From an uncultured virus (IMG/VR IMGVR_UViG_3300028393_000048) (lineage: Duplodnaviria > Heunggongvirae > Uroviricota > Caudoviricetes), in the IMG/VR virus record IMGVR_UViG_3300028393_000048, positions 56,078-76,077 of that record: a stretch of 20,000 nt of DNA; one strand, written 5' to 3'. A program made the position numbers and the translations under genes. Of the stretch, positions 7,418 to 16,194 are shown piece by piece (the stretch's first letter is position 1; each line of letters begins with the position of its first letter). A model generated the notes under the pieces. That model made no database searches. It saw only the letters and a list, made by a program, of their open reading frames with translations, and was not told where the DNA came from.

Positions 7418-9994
7418 TCATGATAATAATGCAATTAAATCAGTATGTTCTTCGCAACCGATCTCAGGCGTGGGCCACCCAATGATGTTAAAAATCTTAG
7501 TAACAACTGGCATGACAGTTTTTTCAAACATCATTTTGTAATCTGGTTTAATATATTTTTGAATTTCAACTGGTAATTCATCGGTAAATGCAAAAACGTC
7601 ATAACCAAATTTATTCTTCTTGCAATAAAATACCTTTAATTTAGTTCCAGTTTGAATTGGATGATACTTGTTGGTAAGATTTAATTTCTTGAGTAGTATA
7701 TTAAAGTAAATTGCAGCTTTGGTGTGACCCTGCGTACCCTTTGCAACTTGTTCATCTTTAACTTTGTCTTGATACTCCTTTAATTTGTTTACTCTCTTTC
7801 TAATTGCAATCGCATCGACGGGAAAACTACAAAAATCTTCATATCCATTTTGAAATAGTTGATTGGCTTTCTTTCTGTCTTTTGATAGAATAGCAGACTC
7901 CACAATTGATTTAATTAATACCTTAATCTCCTTTGAGATTTTTGAAGTGGCAACTTCAATTCCAGTATATAGAAATTCATTAGTTGAAATACCTTCATTA
8001 TCTAAAATATGAAGAATATAATATTTTTTTGCTTGTAAAAGAGCAACGTCACAAATTTTTTCCCTTTTAAAGAAATATCTTGGATCAATCGTCTTCAATT
8101 CTTGTTTTGCCCATTCATTAATCTTTTCATTAAGATGTTTTCCAATATCTTTGATCATTTCTGATGCTTCTGATGTTATTTCACCGTCTTTATTTGCTAA
8201 AATAATGTTATTTTTAGCAAATAATTTAGCAAAACAAAAATAAACGCTGTCCGTATCGGAATAAACACAGATATCATGAAGATCTCCTTCAAACCCTTTG
8301 CTTACTGCATACTCATGTACTATCTTTGCACCCGTTTTAACAACATTTTGACCTGTTAAAGTAACACTTTCGGCATGTTCAATGTCAAAAAGTGGCGAAT
8401 AAATGTTAGAAAATACACCATAAATAGAATTTAGAAGAGTTTTATACACATTCTGTAATGTATAGTTATCATTAACCTCTTCTTCTAAGATTTTTATTTG
8501 ATTTTGATCTTTTGTTTTGGCTAATTTCTTCTCAGCATCCATCATTTTTGTCTTTGCTGTAATTCTTTCGTTGTAAAGCTTGTCGATAAGCTTGGGAACT
8601 ACACCTTTAACTTTCTGAGTATAAAGAATATTTGCTTTGGTAATAGAAAGTTGTTGATCAGAAACAAATTTCTTAAAGTTTTCCACCGTAAACGTCATTG
8701 TTTTATGATTTGAAAACGTTACTTCAAATTTATCATCTTCAAAATTTGTAATTTTACCAATTTTAGTCTCTGGTGAGATATTTAAAGTAATAATAGTATT
8801 GGGATAAAGACTGTTTGCATCATACGTTACTAGATCATCGTATAAACCTGGCACGGGTTGGTAAACATACCCTCCTGCAAACTTTACTTTAATTCTTTCA
8901 TCTTTAAATGTGGGAATTATATAACCATCTCTTAATGCTTGGTGTGCAACCGCACCCGTAATGACTGAAACCTTTGCCAGTGCCTTTGTAAAGGGAACAA
9001 ATCCCCTGTATGATAGGTTGCGAATCAACTTTAGATACTTCAACTTCTCTTCCAACTTAATTAAAATGCGAACGTCTTGAATATTATAGTCAACAAACTT
9101 CATCCAATCTTCATCTGCTAGTCTTGAGAGCGAATAACTACCAACTGCAACCTTTCCTTCGTCTAGTTCATATTCACCAATATAATTCAAGCTGAAACTC
9201 TCACGATCACCCATTGAAAAGGTCTGATATACCTCCATGTAATCTAAAATACTAACACCATGAATGTACCAACGATCAATTGCCTGACCTAATTTGTTAA
9301 CTGCAACCTTTTCCCTGAATTGTAACTTACCAACTGGTGACAATTCCTTTGCTTTATCTTCATCATTAAAAATTTTTGTAATTCTATTGATGATATATGG
9401 AATATCATAGTTATCAATGTTCCACCCAGTGACAATATCAGGATAATCTTTTTTCCAAAACCTAATAAATTGTGTAAGAAGATCTTTTTCTGAATAACAT
9501 TTAATGTATTTTACATTTTCTTCTTGTGTTGCATAGTTATTGCATCCAAAAGTGTAATATATTTCACTGAGAGAATCATAAATTGTAATTAAATTGATTG
9601 GATCGTTAGCATCGGATGCTTTGGAGAATCCAGTACCATCAGAATATGTCTCAATATCAATGTAAAAGATCTTTAATGGTTGTTTACCATAATCTTCTTT
9701 GTCTACATCGTTCTTAAAATTATCAAGAAGGAACTGTTGATCGGTTCCAAGATTATGAAAAAGTCTTTCAATCGGGGTTTCCTCTACAAACTTGTTTCTT
9801 GCTCTTTGATTATTGAATTTAACCTTTTTTAGTGCAGAATTAAAAATAGATTTGCCATCACAACCATTTTGAGACTCAATATAAAGATATGGTTCATATG
9901 AACATAGCACTTTTGTCCTTTTACCATCCTTATCCCAAGTAAAAAGATGTATTACTTCATTTTTATTGTCGTAATAAACATTTCTATAAGCCAT
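7418..9994 (-). CDS. 43: Family B DNA polymerase, T4 gp43-like
   Basis: ExoI IDIET, ExoII GWNIDNYDIPY, ExoIII YNIQD, motif A DANSLYP, motif B KTLLNSIYG, motif C YSDTDS, KKYY. 858 aa, uninterrupted. Confidence 0.97.
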   Translation of the reverse strand: MAYRNVYYDNKNEVIHLFTWDKDGKRTKVLCSYEPYLYIESQNGCDGKSIFNSALKKVKFNNQRARNKFVEETPIERLFHNLGTDQQFLLDNFKNDVDKEDYGKQPLKIFYIDIETYSDGTGFSKASDANDPINLITIYDSLSEIYYTFGCNNYATQEENVKYIKCYSEKDLLTQFIRFWKKDYPDIVTGWNIDNYDIPYIINRITKIFNDEDKAKELSPVGKLQFREKVAVNKLGQAIDRWYIHGVSILDYMEVYQTFSMGDRESFSLNYIGEYELDEGKVAVGSYSLSRLADEDWMKFVDYNIQDVRILIKLEEKLKYLKLIRNLSYRGFVPFTKALAKVSVITGAVAHQALRDGYIIPTFKDERIKVKFAGGYVYQPVPGLYDDLVTYDANSLYPNTIITLNISPETKIGKITNFEDDKFEVTFSNHKTMTFTVENFKKFVSDQQLSITKANILYTQKVKGVVPKLIDKLYNERITAKTKMMDAEKKLAKTKDQNQIKILEEEVNDNYTLQNVYKTLLNSIYGVFSNIYSPLFDIEHAESVTLTGQNVVKTGAKIVHEYAVSKGFEGDLHDICVYSDTDSVYFCFAKLFAKNNIILANKDGEITSEASEMIKDIGKHLNEKINEWAKQELKTIDPRYFFKREKICDVALLQAKKYYILHILDNEGISTNEFLYTGIEVATSKISKEIKVLIKSIVESAILSKDRKKANQLFQNGYEDFCSFPVDAIAIRKRVNKLKEYQDKVKDEQVAKGTQGHTKAAIYFNILLKKLNLTNKYHPIQTGTKLKVFYCKKNKFGYDVFAFTDELPVEIQKYIKPDYKMMFEKTVMPVVTKIFNIIGWPTPEIGCEEHTDLIALLS

Positions 9995-10003
9995 TATTCA
10001 ATG

Positions 10004-10022
10004 ATGCACCATGTAGGTGCAT
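10004..10022. repeat. Hairpin immediately upstream of the polymerase start
   Basis: ATGCACC (10004-10010), ATGTA loop, GGTGCAT (10016-10022); 9 nt from ATG(9994). Overlaps a possible TTGATT-17-CATCAT promoter (10029-10001). Confidence 0.65.
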
Positions 10023-10025
10023 AAA

Positions 10026-11354
10026 TCAAGCACTATCTTGATCTGGGTTGAGTTCGATGAGTTTAGGAGCAAGCTTCTTTCTTTCTGGAGACCCCCATGC
10101 AGTTGAATAAAGAGCTTCGTATTCATTTATATGATCATCTAACCAAAGTTTATCGGTAAATGCTCTTGCTTTACCAGAAAGATCCATGTATCGATCAAAA
10201 TCGGAAGTGATATACTCTAACTGTTGGATTAAATCATCACCAGTTTTAAATTTTAACTCTGAATCTTCATAGGTAATCATGTCTTGATATGTGCCAGGTA
10301 GTCCTAATCCTCCTGCCTCAACCATTTTAATATTACTTTTTGATTTATTGAACACATTATCAATCAATGGTGCAAAAACAGCATTACAATTGGTATCAAC
10401 AAGACCTTGGGGGTAATCTGGCAAAGGTGACCAATCAATAAACTCCATATCGCCATTATCGATGTATGGTTTGAGTGCTAAAGGAAAACATCCCTTCCAC
10501 ACAAACTTAAATTTCTTACGAGCCTTGATAATTGCATCAGTAACATGCTTAAAGTCATCCTTAAGTCCTGTTCTATTAAGAATATCAACATGAGTACCAG
10601 ATCCAGAATACAGAATACGAGGTCTTTTTTTATTTTGATCGTAAAGTCTTTCAATTTTTTGTTTATCATAAAATCTATCAAGCCAAAATTTTGGTGGATA
10701 GTTGGGAATAACTGTAATTCTCTTATTACCCGTCTTTTCTTGGTAATATTGCTTCATGTATGGACATGTAACGGTAATTTCATCCATCATACTCATGATA
10801 TCCAAAATACTGTCTATAATATTTTGATCACAGAATGCATCTTTGCATCGGTTATAATCTGGAATGTCATCCTTGAACACGATATCATCAACTTCATAAA
10901 TTAATTTAAAATTCATCTGAGCACTTGCTTTTTTAAGCTCCTTGATGAAGTCTCTTTGCATTGGGGTAGCTTGTCTTTGCATTCTAACAGCTTTTAATCC
11001 CTGATAAAATCTAATATCCATTACCATACAGGTTAATCCAGAGATACAAGCCTTTTGGTATTGGTTCAACATGAATTCGGGCCAAATCATTCTCCAAAAA
11101 CCACAACCACCATAGTCCGCATAATAGTTTAATGCTCTCGGTAAGTTACTTTCTGGCATTTCAAGCGGCGCGGGTGACGGAAACTTGATAGGATTCATTT
11201 GCACATGGGAATAAACTGGCATCCCTTGCGGCATTCCATGAGGAGCATTTGGAATGCCTGTAAAAACTGGATTGTATTGATATGTTATCTTATCATTTGC
11301 CAATTCTTGTGTTGCAATCTGCGGTTTAGGTTGTTGCTTTAACTTTAATGCCAT
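10026..11354 (-). CDS. GT-B fold glycosyltransferase (phage type)
   Basis: GGCGFWRMIWP, IYEVDD, ITVT, VIPN, ILYSGSGTH and APLIDNVFNKSKSNIKMVEAG (GT4-like donor-binding segment); Pro/Gln-rich N-terminal extension. Confidence 0.8.
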   Translation of the reverse strand: MALKLKQQPKPQIATQELANDKITYQYNPVFTGIPNAPHGMPQGMPVYSHVQMNPIKFPSPAPLEMPESNLPRALNYYADYGGCGFWRMIWPEFMLNQYQKACISGLTCMVMDIRFYQGLKAVRMQRQATPMQRDFIKELKKASAQMNFKLIYEVDDIVFKDDIPDYNRCKDAFCDQNIIDSILDIMSMMDEITVTCPYMKQYYQEKTGNKRITVIPNYPPKFWLDRFYDKQKIERLYDQNKKRPRILYSGSGTHVDILNRTGLKDDFKHVTDAIIKARKKFKFVWKGCFPLALKPYIDNGDMEFIDWSPLPDYPQGLVDTNCNAVFAPLIDNVFNKSKSNIKMVEAGGLGLPGTYQDMITYEDSELKFKTGDDLIQQLEYITSDFDRYMDLSGKARAFTDKLWLDDHINEYEALYSTAWGSPERKKLAPKLIELNPDQDSA

Positions 11355-11383
11355 ATGTAAATTTATAAATTTGTGTCAGTTTA

Positions 11384-13192
11384 TCAACTAACTATTTTTG
11401 TAACACCATTTTCTTTTTCTAACAATAAAACATTATCAATTCTTGCCATATCTGATGCTTTATGACTGACTATGTAAACAGACTCATCGTATTTTGTAAC
11501 CTTTTCTTTAAGTAAACCAATAATTTTATCAGTTCCTTGCTGATCAAGGGCAGAATCAATCATTTCATCATAGATGTTTAACGAATATGAGGTTCCAGTT
11601 TGGCTTCTCAAGAGATCTTGAAACATAAACAACACAGCAACATCAATTCTTTTTCTTTCTCCCCCACTAAAATTGAAATATGAACATTCTTTACCAGTTT
11701 CGTTGATAATAGTTTCTTCAAACATATCATTGAACTCACATTTACATGGAGTATCAAGTTCTTTGAGGTAGTAATTAAGCTTCTTGTTAAGTAACGTAAG
11801 CATTTTCTTAACAATATACGTTTTAACACCCTCCTCGGAGACAATAAATTTGGCAGCTTCTACTATCGCCATTTCTTTTTTAACTTTTGTTAGTTCTATT
11901 TGAGTGTTTTCAATTTCTTTTTTGGTATTTTGAACATTTAAATCAATTGATGGATCATCTATCTTAGTATCTTCGATCCATTTCAAACAATCTTTAATAT
12001 TACTTTCACAATTAGTTATTTTTTGATTGTTAATTTTGATATCTGACTTTGATTGATCCAAAATTCTGATTTTACCATTGATTTTTTCAACTCCATCTTC
12101 TGCTTCTTCGATCTTATCGTCCCAATCAATCTTTTCACTATTAATGGTGAATGATTCGGTAGCAAGATTTGATATATTGGTAGCAATATCTTTTAATCTT
12201 TGCTTAACAGCTTCAAGGTCTTCAACACAATAGTCTCTATTACATGTTGGACATGTTCCACCTTTGTCGATTATCTTTTGTTTTTCTTTTTCTAATTGTC
12301 TTATCTCAGCGGAAAGATCTGAACTTTTTTTTATAAGATCTGACCTTGTTATATTAAAAGCTTTAATGCAACTTTTTAGTGCAGTGCGTTTTTCTTCTAG
12401 CTTTTGTATGCCGTCATTAACTTCATTTAAACTAGGAAGGGTTGTGTTATTTAATTGTTCTATGATTTTTTCATTATCTCTAATGCGAGAATTAAATGCA
12501 TCTATTTTTTCTTGTTTTTTTGTTTCTGCATTTGCTTTCTGATCTTCAAAAGTGCTTAAATTTCTTTGAAGCGTAATAAAATTACTACTCAACGAGTCAT
12601 TTTGTTTTTTAAAATCATTATAATCTCCTCTTGCCTTTAGCAACATGTCACTAAAGATGTTAAGATTAAGAATTCCTTCGATGAATTTTCTTTTATCGGT
12701 CTTCTTTTGAGCCATAAACGGCACTGTATTGTTCGCAGACATGATAACAGCATTCTGGAACACTTCTTCGGTTGCCCCAAGTAATTCTTTAATGAAGGAA
12801 TTGGTCTCTGGCATGGTAGAAAGAGTCATATCAATGTCTCTTTGTTGATTATGTGCAGTAATAGTAACCTTACTTGGTTCTAAAGATCTTTCTATAGTGT
12901 ATGGAGTTACGTGTTTTTCGGTAACAACCTCAAAGTTTAATGAAACCTTGCAATCTTTCTTGCTAAGATTGTGAATTATCTTATCGTTTTTGATATCACG
13001 AATGGTATTACCAAATAAACACCAGTAAATGGCTTCAAGAATGGAGCTTTTCCCTATTCCATTCTTGCCACCCTTGTCTTTATTCTCTCCAGTGATGAGA
13101 TTAATGCCGTTTTGAAAATCAATTGTTAATGGATCTTTACCAACGGAAAGAAAATTTTGTATTTTTACAGAATTAAATTGAACTTTTTTCAT
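11384..13192 (-). CDS. 46: Recombination endonuclease ATPase subunit, T4 gp46/SbcC/Rad50-like
   Basis: IQNFLSVG, Walker A NGIGKSS, long coiled coil with CPTC zinc hook, signature FSGGE, Walker B/D-loop IYDEMIDSALD, H-switch VSH. Confidence 0.95.
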   Translation of the reverse strand: MKKVQFNSVKIQNFLSVGKDPLTIDFQNGINLITGENKDKGGKNGIGKSSILEAIYWCLFGNTIRDIKNDKIIHNLSKKDCKVSLNFEVVTEKHVTPYTIERSLEPSKVTITAHNQQRDIDMTLSTMPETNSFIKELLGATEEVFQNAVIMSANNTVPFMAQKKTDKRKFIEGILNLNIFSDMLLKARGDYNDFKKQNDSLSSNFITLQRNLSTFEDQKANAETKKQEKIDAFNSRIRDNEKIIEQLNNTTLPSLNEVNDGIQKLEEKRTALKSCIKAFNITRSDLIKKSSDLSAEIRQLEKEKQKIIDKGGTCPTCNRDYCVEDLEAVKQRLKDIATNISNLATESFTINSEKIDWDDKIEEAEDGVEKINGKIRILDQSKSDIKINNQKITNCESNIKDCLKWIEDTKIDDPSIDLNVQNTKKEIENTQIELTKVKKEMAIVEAAKFIVSEEGVKTYIVKKMLTLLNKKLNYYLKELDTPCKCEFNDMFEETIINETGKECSYFNFSGGERKRIDVAVLFMFQDLLRSQTGTSYSLNIYDEMIDSALDQQGTDKIIGLLKEKVTKYDESVYIVSHKASDMARIDNVLLLEKENGVTKIVS

Positions 13193-13199
13193 TTACCTA

Positions 13200-13227
13200 A
13201 TTATAAATTGTTTTTACAAGTAATCAA
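13200..13227 (-). promoter_or_regulatory. Sigma70-like promoter for gp46
   Basis: TTGATT (13227-13222), 16 nt, TATAAT (13205-13200), 7 nt, ATG(13192). Confidence 0.6.
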
Positions 13228-13630
13228 CACAAATGGCATAGCAATTATAATTTTTTTCTTTCCAGTTTTTTGATAAATCAACTATTATGGATTTATCACA
13301 TGTTTTTTGATTAAGATAAGTCCAAATATAACCATTAGATGTTAAAGTGTGTTTATCGTTTTCATGCCAAAAACAATTAATATCGTGTTTTAACATTTCT
13401 TCTAATGATTTTAAGTTTTTTGCATGACACCAGAGATTTTTTTGTAATAAAAATTTTATATCGGTTTTATATAAAGGGTCATCATGACCCAAGAAAAAAC
13501 TGTCACCTATTAACCAAACATCAATTTCCACGTGGATATTTTTATCCAATAAAGGTTGAATTGTTTGGGGTCGATTTTCGGTTTGTTTAACTGGGCCAGT
13601 AGTATTCCCTCTATGAGAAATTACTATCAT
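13214..13630 (-). CDS. Short GDPD/PLC-like phosphodiesterase-fold protein
   Basis: ISHRGN, ENRP, VEIDVW, LGHD and WCHAKN match the N-terminal catalytic motifs of glycerophosphodiester phosphodiesterases. Only 138 aa. ATGA overlap with the RLP stop. Confidence 0.7.
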   Translation of the reverse strand: MIVISHRGNTTGPVKQTENRPQTIQPLLDKNIHVEIDVWLIGDSFFLGHDDPLYKTDIKFLLQKNLWCHAKNLKSLEEMLKHDINCFWHENDKHTLTSNGYIWTYLNQKTCDKSIIVDLSKNWKEKNYNCYAICVDYL

Positions 13631-14841
13631 TTCTTACCCCATTTTTCAATGGCTTGATGATATTCATCCCCGTAATTCTTATCGATTGCTTGTCTCATAG
13701 CCTTTGTACCTGCCAAAGTACCACTTGGATGTGATGTTAATGCACCGCCGACATTTGCCATCCAGTTGCTATGTCCAACCACATCTAAAATATAATCAAT
13801 TAAACCTGGGTGCATTCCACAACTTAAAGCTGGGACGCAATTTATATCATTCAACATGGAAATAGTCTTCTTTACCGCCTGTGTTTCATTATCCATGTAT
13901 CCACCGATCATACCAGCATGAAGCGTCGAACAGCCACTTTGCCCAACAAGTTTAAAGATTACATCTTGATCAATTGCAAATTTATGATCATAACAATTTA
14001 AAATTTTATCACCGCTTTTCTGGAAGTGAACTAGAATTGGTAAATCAAGTTCTCTAATAGACTTATAAACACCTAATCCACAATGGAAATTTACATGAAC
14101 AGCATTTCCACCCAATTCATAAACTTGCTTAACACGATTTAAAATGTGTGCAGGATCGGAATGGATTGAAACTGCGTAATAAACTTTTGCATTAGTGCTT
14201 TTAATATAATCCATTACAGGGGGAACACGATCTTCAATTCTACAATGATCGGGATCTGAAAGAATTTCATCTTCTTTTATGAAGTTACAGCCGCCATCAA
14301 TGAGTTTTTTTACCAAATCAAGATTTTTTTGTGGCGAAAGACCAACTTTTGGTTTCACAATCCCACCAAATAAAGGCTTTTCCTGTGATACACCACAATA
14401 TTCTCTCATTTCTTTTAGACCAATTTTAGGTCCCTGCAAACAGTTCTCCATATTTGGAGTTAATTTTATATCTTTAATAACACACTTTTCAAAAATATCA
14501 ATGTCACATTGACCTCCCATTATTTGGACTAGCAATTGGGATACTCCGTCCGTTTTAAAGTTAATATTTGCTTCAGCAAAAGCAATCTTAACAATACCTT
14601 CTTTAAGATTCTCTAAGGATTTTTCATCATGTAAAATAATAGCACAATGATTGTCAATCAAATCTTGGCTCTCAAATTCGGAACGCTTACTTGGATTTCC
14701 AATTGATTGCCCGATAGCTAGATTCCATGCGGCATCTTTTAAATCGGTTTTTGAACCAATTAAGTATGTTACAATAAAATAATTAGCAAAGAAGGAAGAG
14801 TCTAATTTGTATTCTGGTTTAAAAATGTCGTATTTAAGCAT
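13627..14841 (-). CDS. RuBisCO-like protein (form IV, RLP)
   Basis: GPKIGL, GGIVKPKVGLS, GGCNFIKEDEIL (RuBisCO signature GxDFxKDDE variant), LHAG, PALSCGMHP, NVGGALTSHPSGTLAGTKAMRQA. 404 aa. Several carboxylase-specific residues are substituted. Confidence 0.92.
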   Translation of the reverse strand: MLKYDIFKPEYKLDSSFFANYFIVTYLIGSKTDLKDAAWNLAIGQSIGNPSKRSEFESQDLIDNHCAIILHDEKSLENLKEGIVKIAFAEANINFKTDGVSQLLVQIMGGQCDIDIFEKCVIKDIKLTPNMENCLQGPKIGLKEMREYCGVSQEKPLFGGIVKPKVGLSPQKNLDLVKKLIDGGCNFIKEDEILSDPDHCRIEDRVPPVMDYIKSTNAKVYYAVSIHSDPAHILNRVKQVYELGGNAVHVNFHCGLGVYKSIRELDLPILVHFQKSGDKILNCYDHKFAIDQDVIFKLVGQSGCSTLHAGMIGGYMDNETQAVKKTISMLNDINCVPALSCGMHPGLIDYILDVVGHSNWMANVGGALTSHPSGTLAGTKAMRQAIDKNYGDEYHQAIEKWGKK

Positions 14842-14850
14842 AATAATAAT

Positions 14851-14878
14851 ATTATATAATAAATAGTAAAAAAGTCAA
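14851..14878 (-). promoter_or_regulatory. Near-consensus sigma70-like promoter for the RLP
   Basis: TTGACT (14878-14873), 16 nt, TATAAT (14856-14851), 9 nt, ATG(14841). Confidence 0.65.
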
Positions 14879-15199
14879 TTAATTTTCATATTTATCACCT
14901 TTTATAGAAGGTGTTTTTACTACTATAAGTTCACAATCTTGTAAAAATACTGGATTAGCCCATTCATTTGGTTCTAAGATAAAAATATTACCCGTTTTTA
15001 GTAGTTTACCCTGTATTATCATTTCACCTTTAATCAAATAATTAATTTCGGTTGCTATTCGATGATAATGTTTGGGCCAAATTTCATCCTTAACATGTTT
15101 TTTAAAACAAACTTCAAAATCTTTGGTTTTTAAAACCGATGGTTCAAAATCTCCAATGAACCATCCACCTATAAAATCTTCTATATTTAGAATTTTCAT
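14879..15199 (-). CDS. Cupin-domain protein
   Basis: GWFIGDFEP, metal motif HYHRIATEINYLIKG, GNIFILEP, LIVVKTPS. ATGA overlap with the upstream glycosyltransferase. Confidence 0.85.
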   Translation of the reverse strand: MKILNIEDFIGGWFIGDFEPSVLKTKDFEVCFKKHVKDEIWPKHYHRIATEINYLIKGEMIIQGKLLKTGNIFILEPNEWANPVFLQDCELIVVKTPSIKGDKYEN

Positions 15200-16158
15200 A
15201 TTTTATCAATAAAAACCTTTTTGAATTGGTTAATTACTGATTCTGGCGTAAATTCACGATAGGCATTCCAATCTTTATCTTGAATTTCAAATTTTAAAAG
15301 TATATCTAACAGTGTTTGAGGAGAATCATAATATAAACCTTTATCCTTTAAAACGTAAATATGATTTCTTTCTGGTGAATTACTATATGTTATAACTGGT
15401 TTATTACTATAAGAAAATTCTGCACAAGCCATACCAAATGATTCGCCTTCTGCTCTTGCGTGAATCATTGCATCACATGTGTTAATGAATTTTCTTTTTA
15501 TATAAAGGTCAGAAAATGGACTTGTATATATAACTCTTTCGTGTTTTATAAATTGAGGGGTCTGTACGAATAAAAAGTATATATCATCTCTTAACGAGAG
15601 TGCTTTTTCTATAGTCTGACTAACCCAAGGCATGTTCCAAGAATATATTCCACCTGTTCTACCAAAAACTATTGCATTTTCGGGTAGTTTTAGTTTATCT
15701 CTAAAATTGTCATGGTGTTCAGGTAGATGAACCATATAAGGAACAACTGGATAAGTTCCCCCTGTGCAATGCTGATTTAACCATTCACTAGCATAAGCAT
15801 AGACTGTCCCGTGAGGATCATTTTGGGTTCCTATTACATGTATGAATGAAGGTTTATTTTTAGCAAATCTGCCGTCATCCTTTCTTCCTGTTTTTTGAAT
15901 GTAAACTGCATCAACTTTGAGTTCGTCCAATTTTCTTTCCAATTCATTCGTATCTTCGTTACCCTTCAAAGATATTATTTCTATATTATTATTTTTAAAT
16001 TTTTCAATGGCTAGTTCATGATTGGCTGGATGATTTAAATCATGAATCATAAATGATTTATTACCAAGAATTTCTTGATTAAATTTACAATAATCTAAAA
16101 CTGACACCCCTGTTCCTTGTATATCAATATGCGGCAAATAAAAAGCAATTTTTTTCAT
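15196..16158 (-). CDS. GT-B glycosyltransferase (GT4-like)
   Basis: KIAFY...GTGVS, VFGRTGG, CDAMIHARAEGESFGMACAEF (E-x7-E motif), KPVIT. Confidence 0.85.
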   Translation of the reverse strand: MKKIAFYLPHIDIQGTGVSVLDYCKFNQEILGNKSFMIHDLNHPANHELAIEKFKNNNIEIISLKGNEDTNELERKLDELKVDAVYIQKTGRKDDGRFAKNKPSFIHVIGTQNDPHGTVYAYASEWLNQHCTGGTYPVVPYMVHLPEHHDNFRDKLKLPENAIVFGRTGGIYSWNMPWVSQTIEKALSLRDDIYFLFVQTPQFIKHERVIYTSPFSDLYIKRKFINTCDAMIHARAEGESFGMACAEFSYSNKPVITYSNSPERNHIYVLKDKGLYYDSPQTLLDILLKFEIQDKDWNAYREFTPESVINQFKKVFIDKI

Positions 16159-16166
16159 GTAAAAGA

Positions 16167-16194
16167 ATTATATAATAAAATTTTAAAAAATCAA
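16167..16194 (-). promoter_or_regulatory. Sigma70-like promoter for the GT4-cupin pair
   Basis: TTGATT (16194-16189), 16 nt, TATAAT (16172-16167), 8 nt, ATG(16158). The region is very AT-rich, which lowers specificity. Confidence 0.5.

Noticed and set aside
3645..9994. Inteins or introns in helicase, UvsX or polymerase
   Set aside because: Protein lengths are normal, catalytic motifs are contiguous, and no splice-junction or endonuclease motifs are seen.
13627..14841. Bona fide CO2-fixing RuBisCO (rbcL/cbbM)
   Set aside because: E60, N123, H294 and K334 equivalents appear substituted, the protein is short (404 aa), and no rbcS, PRK or AMP-pathway genes are nearby.
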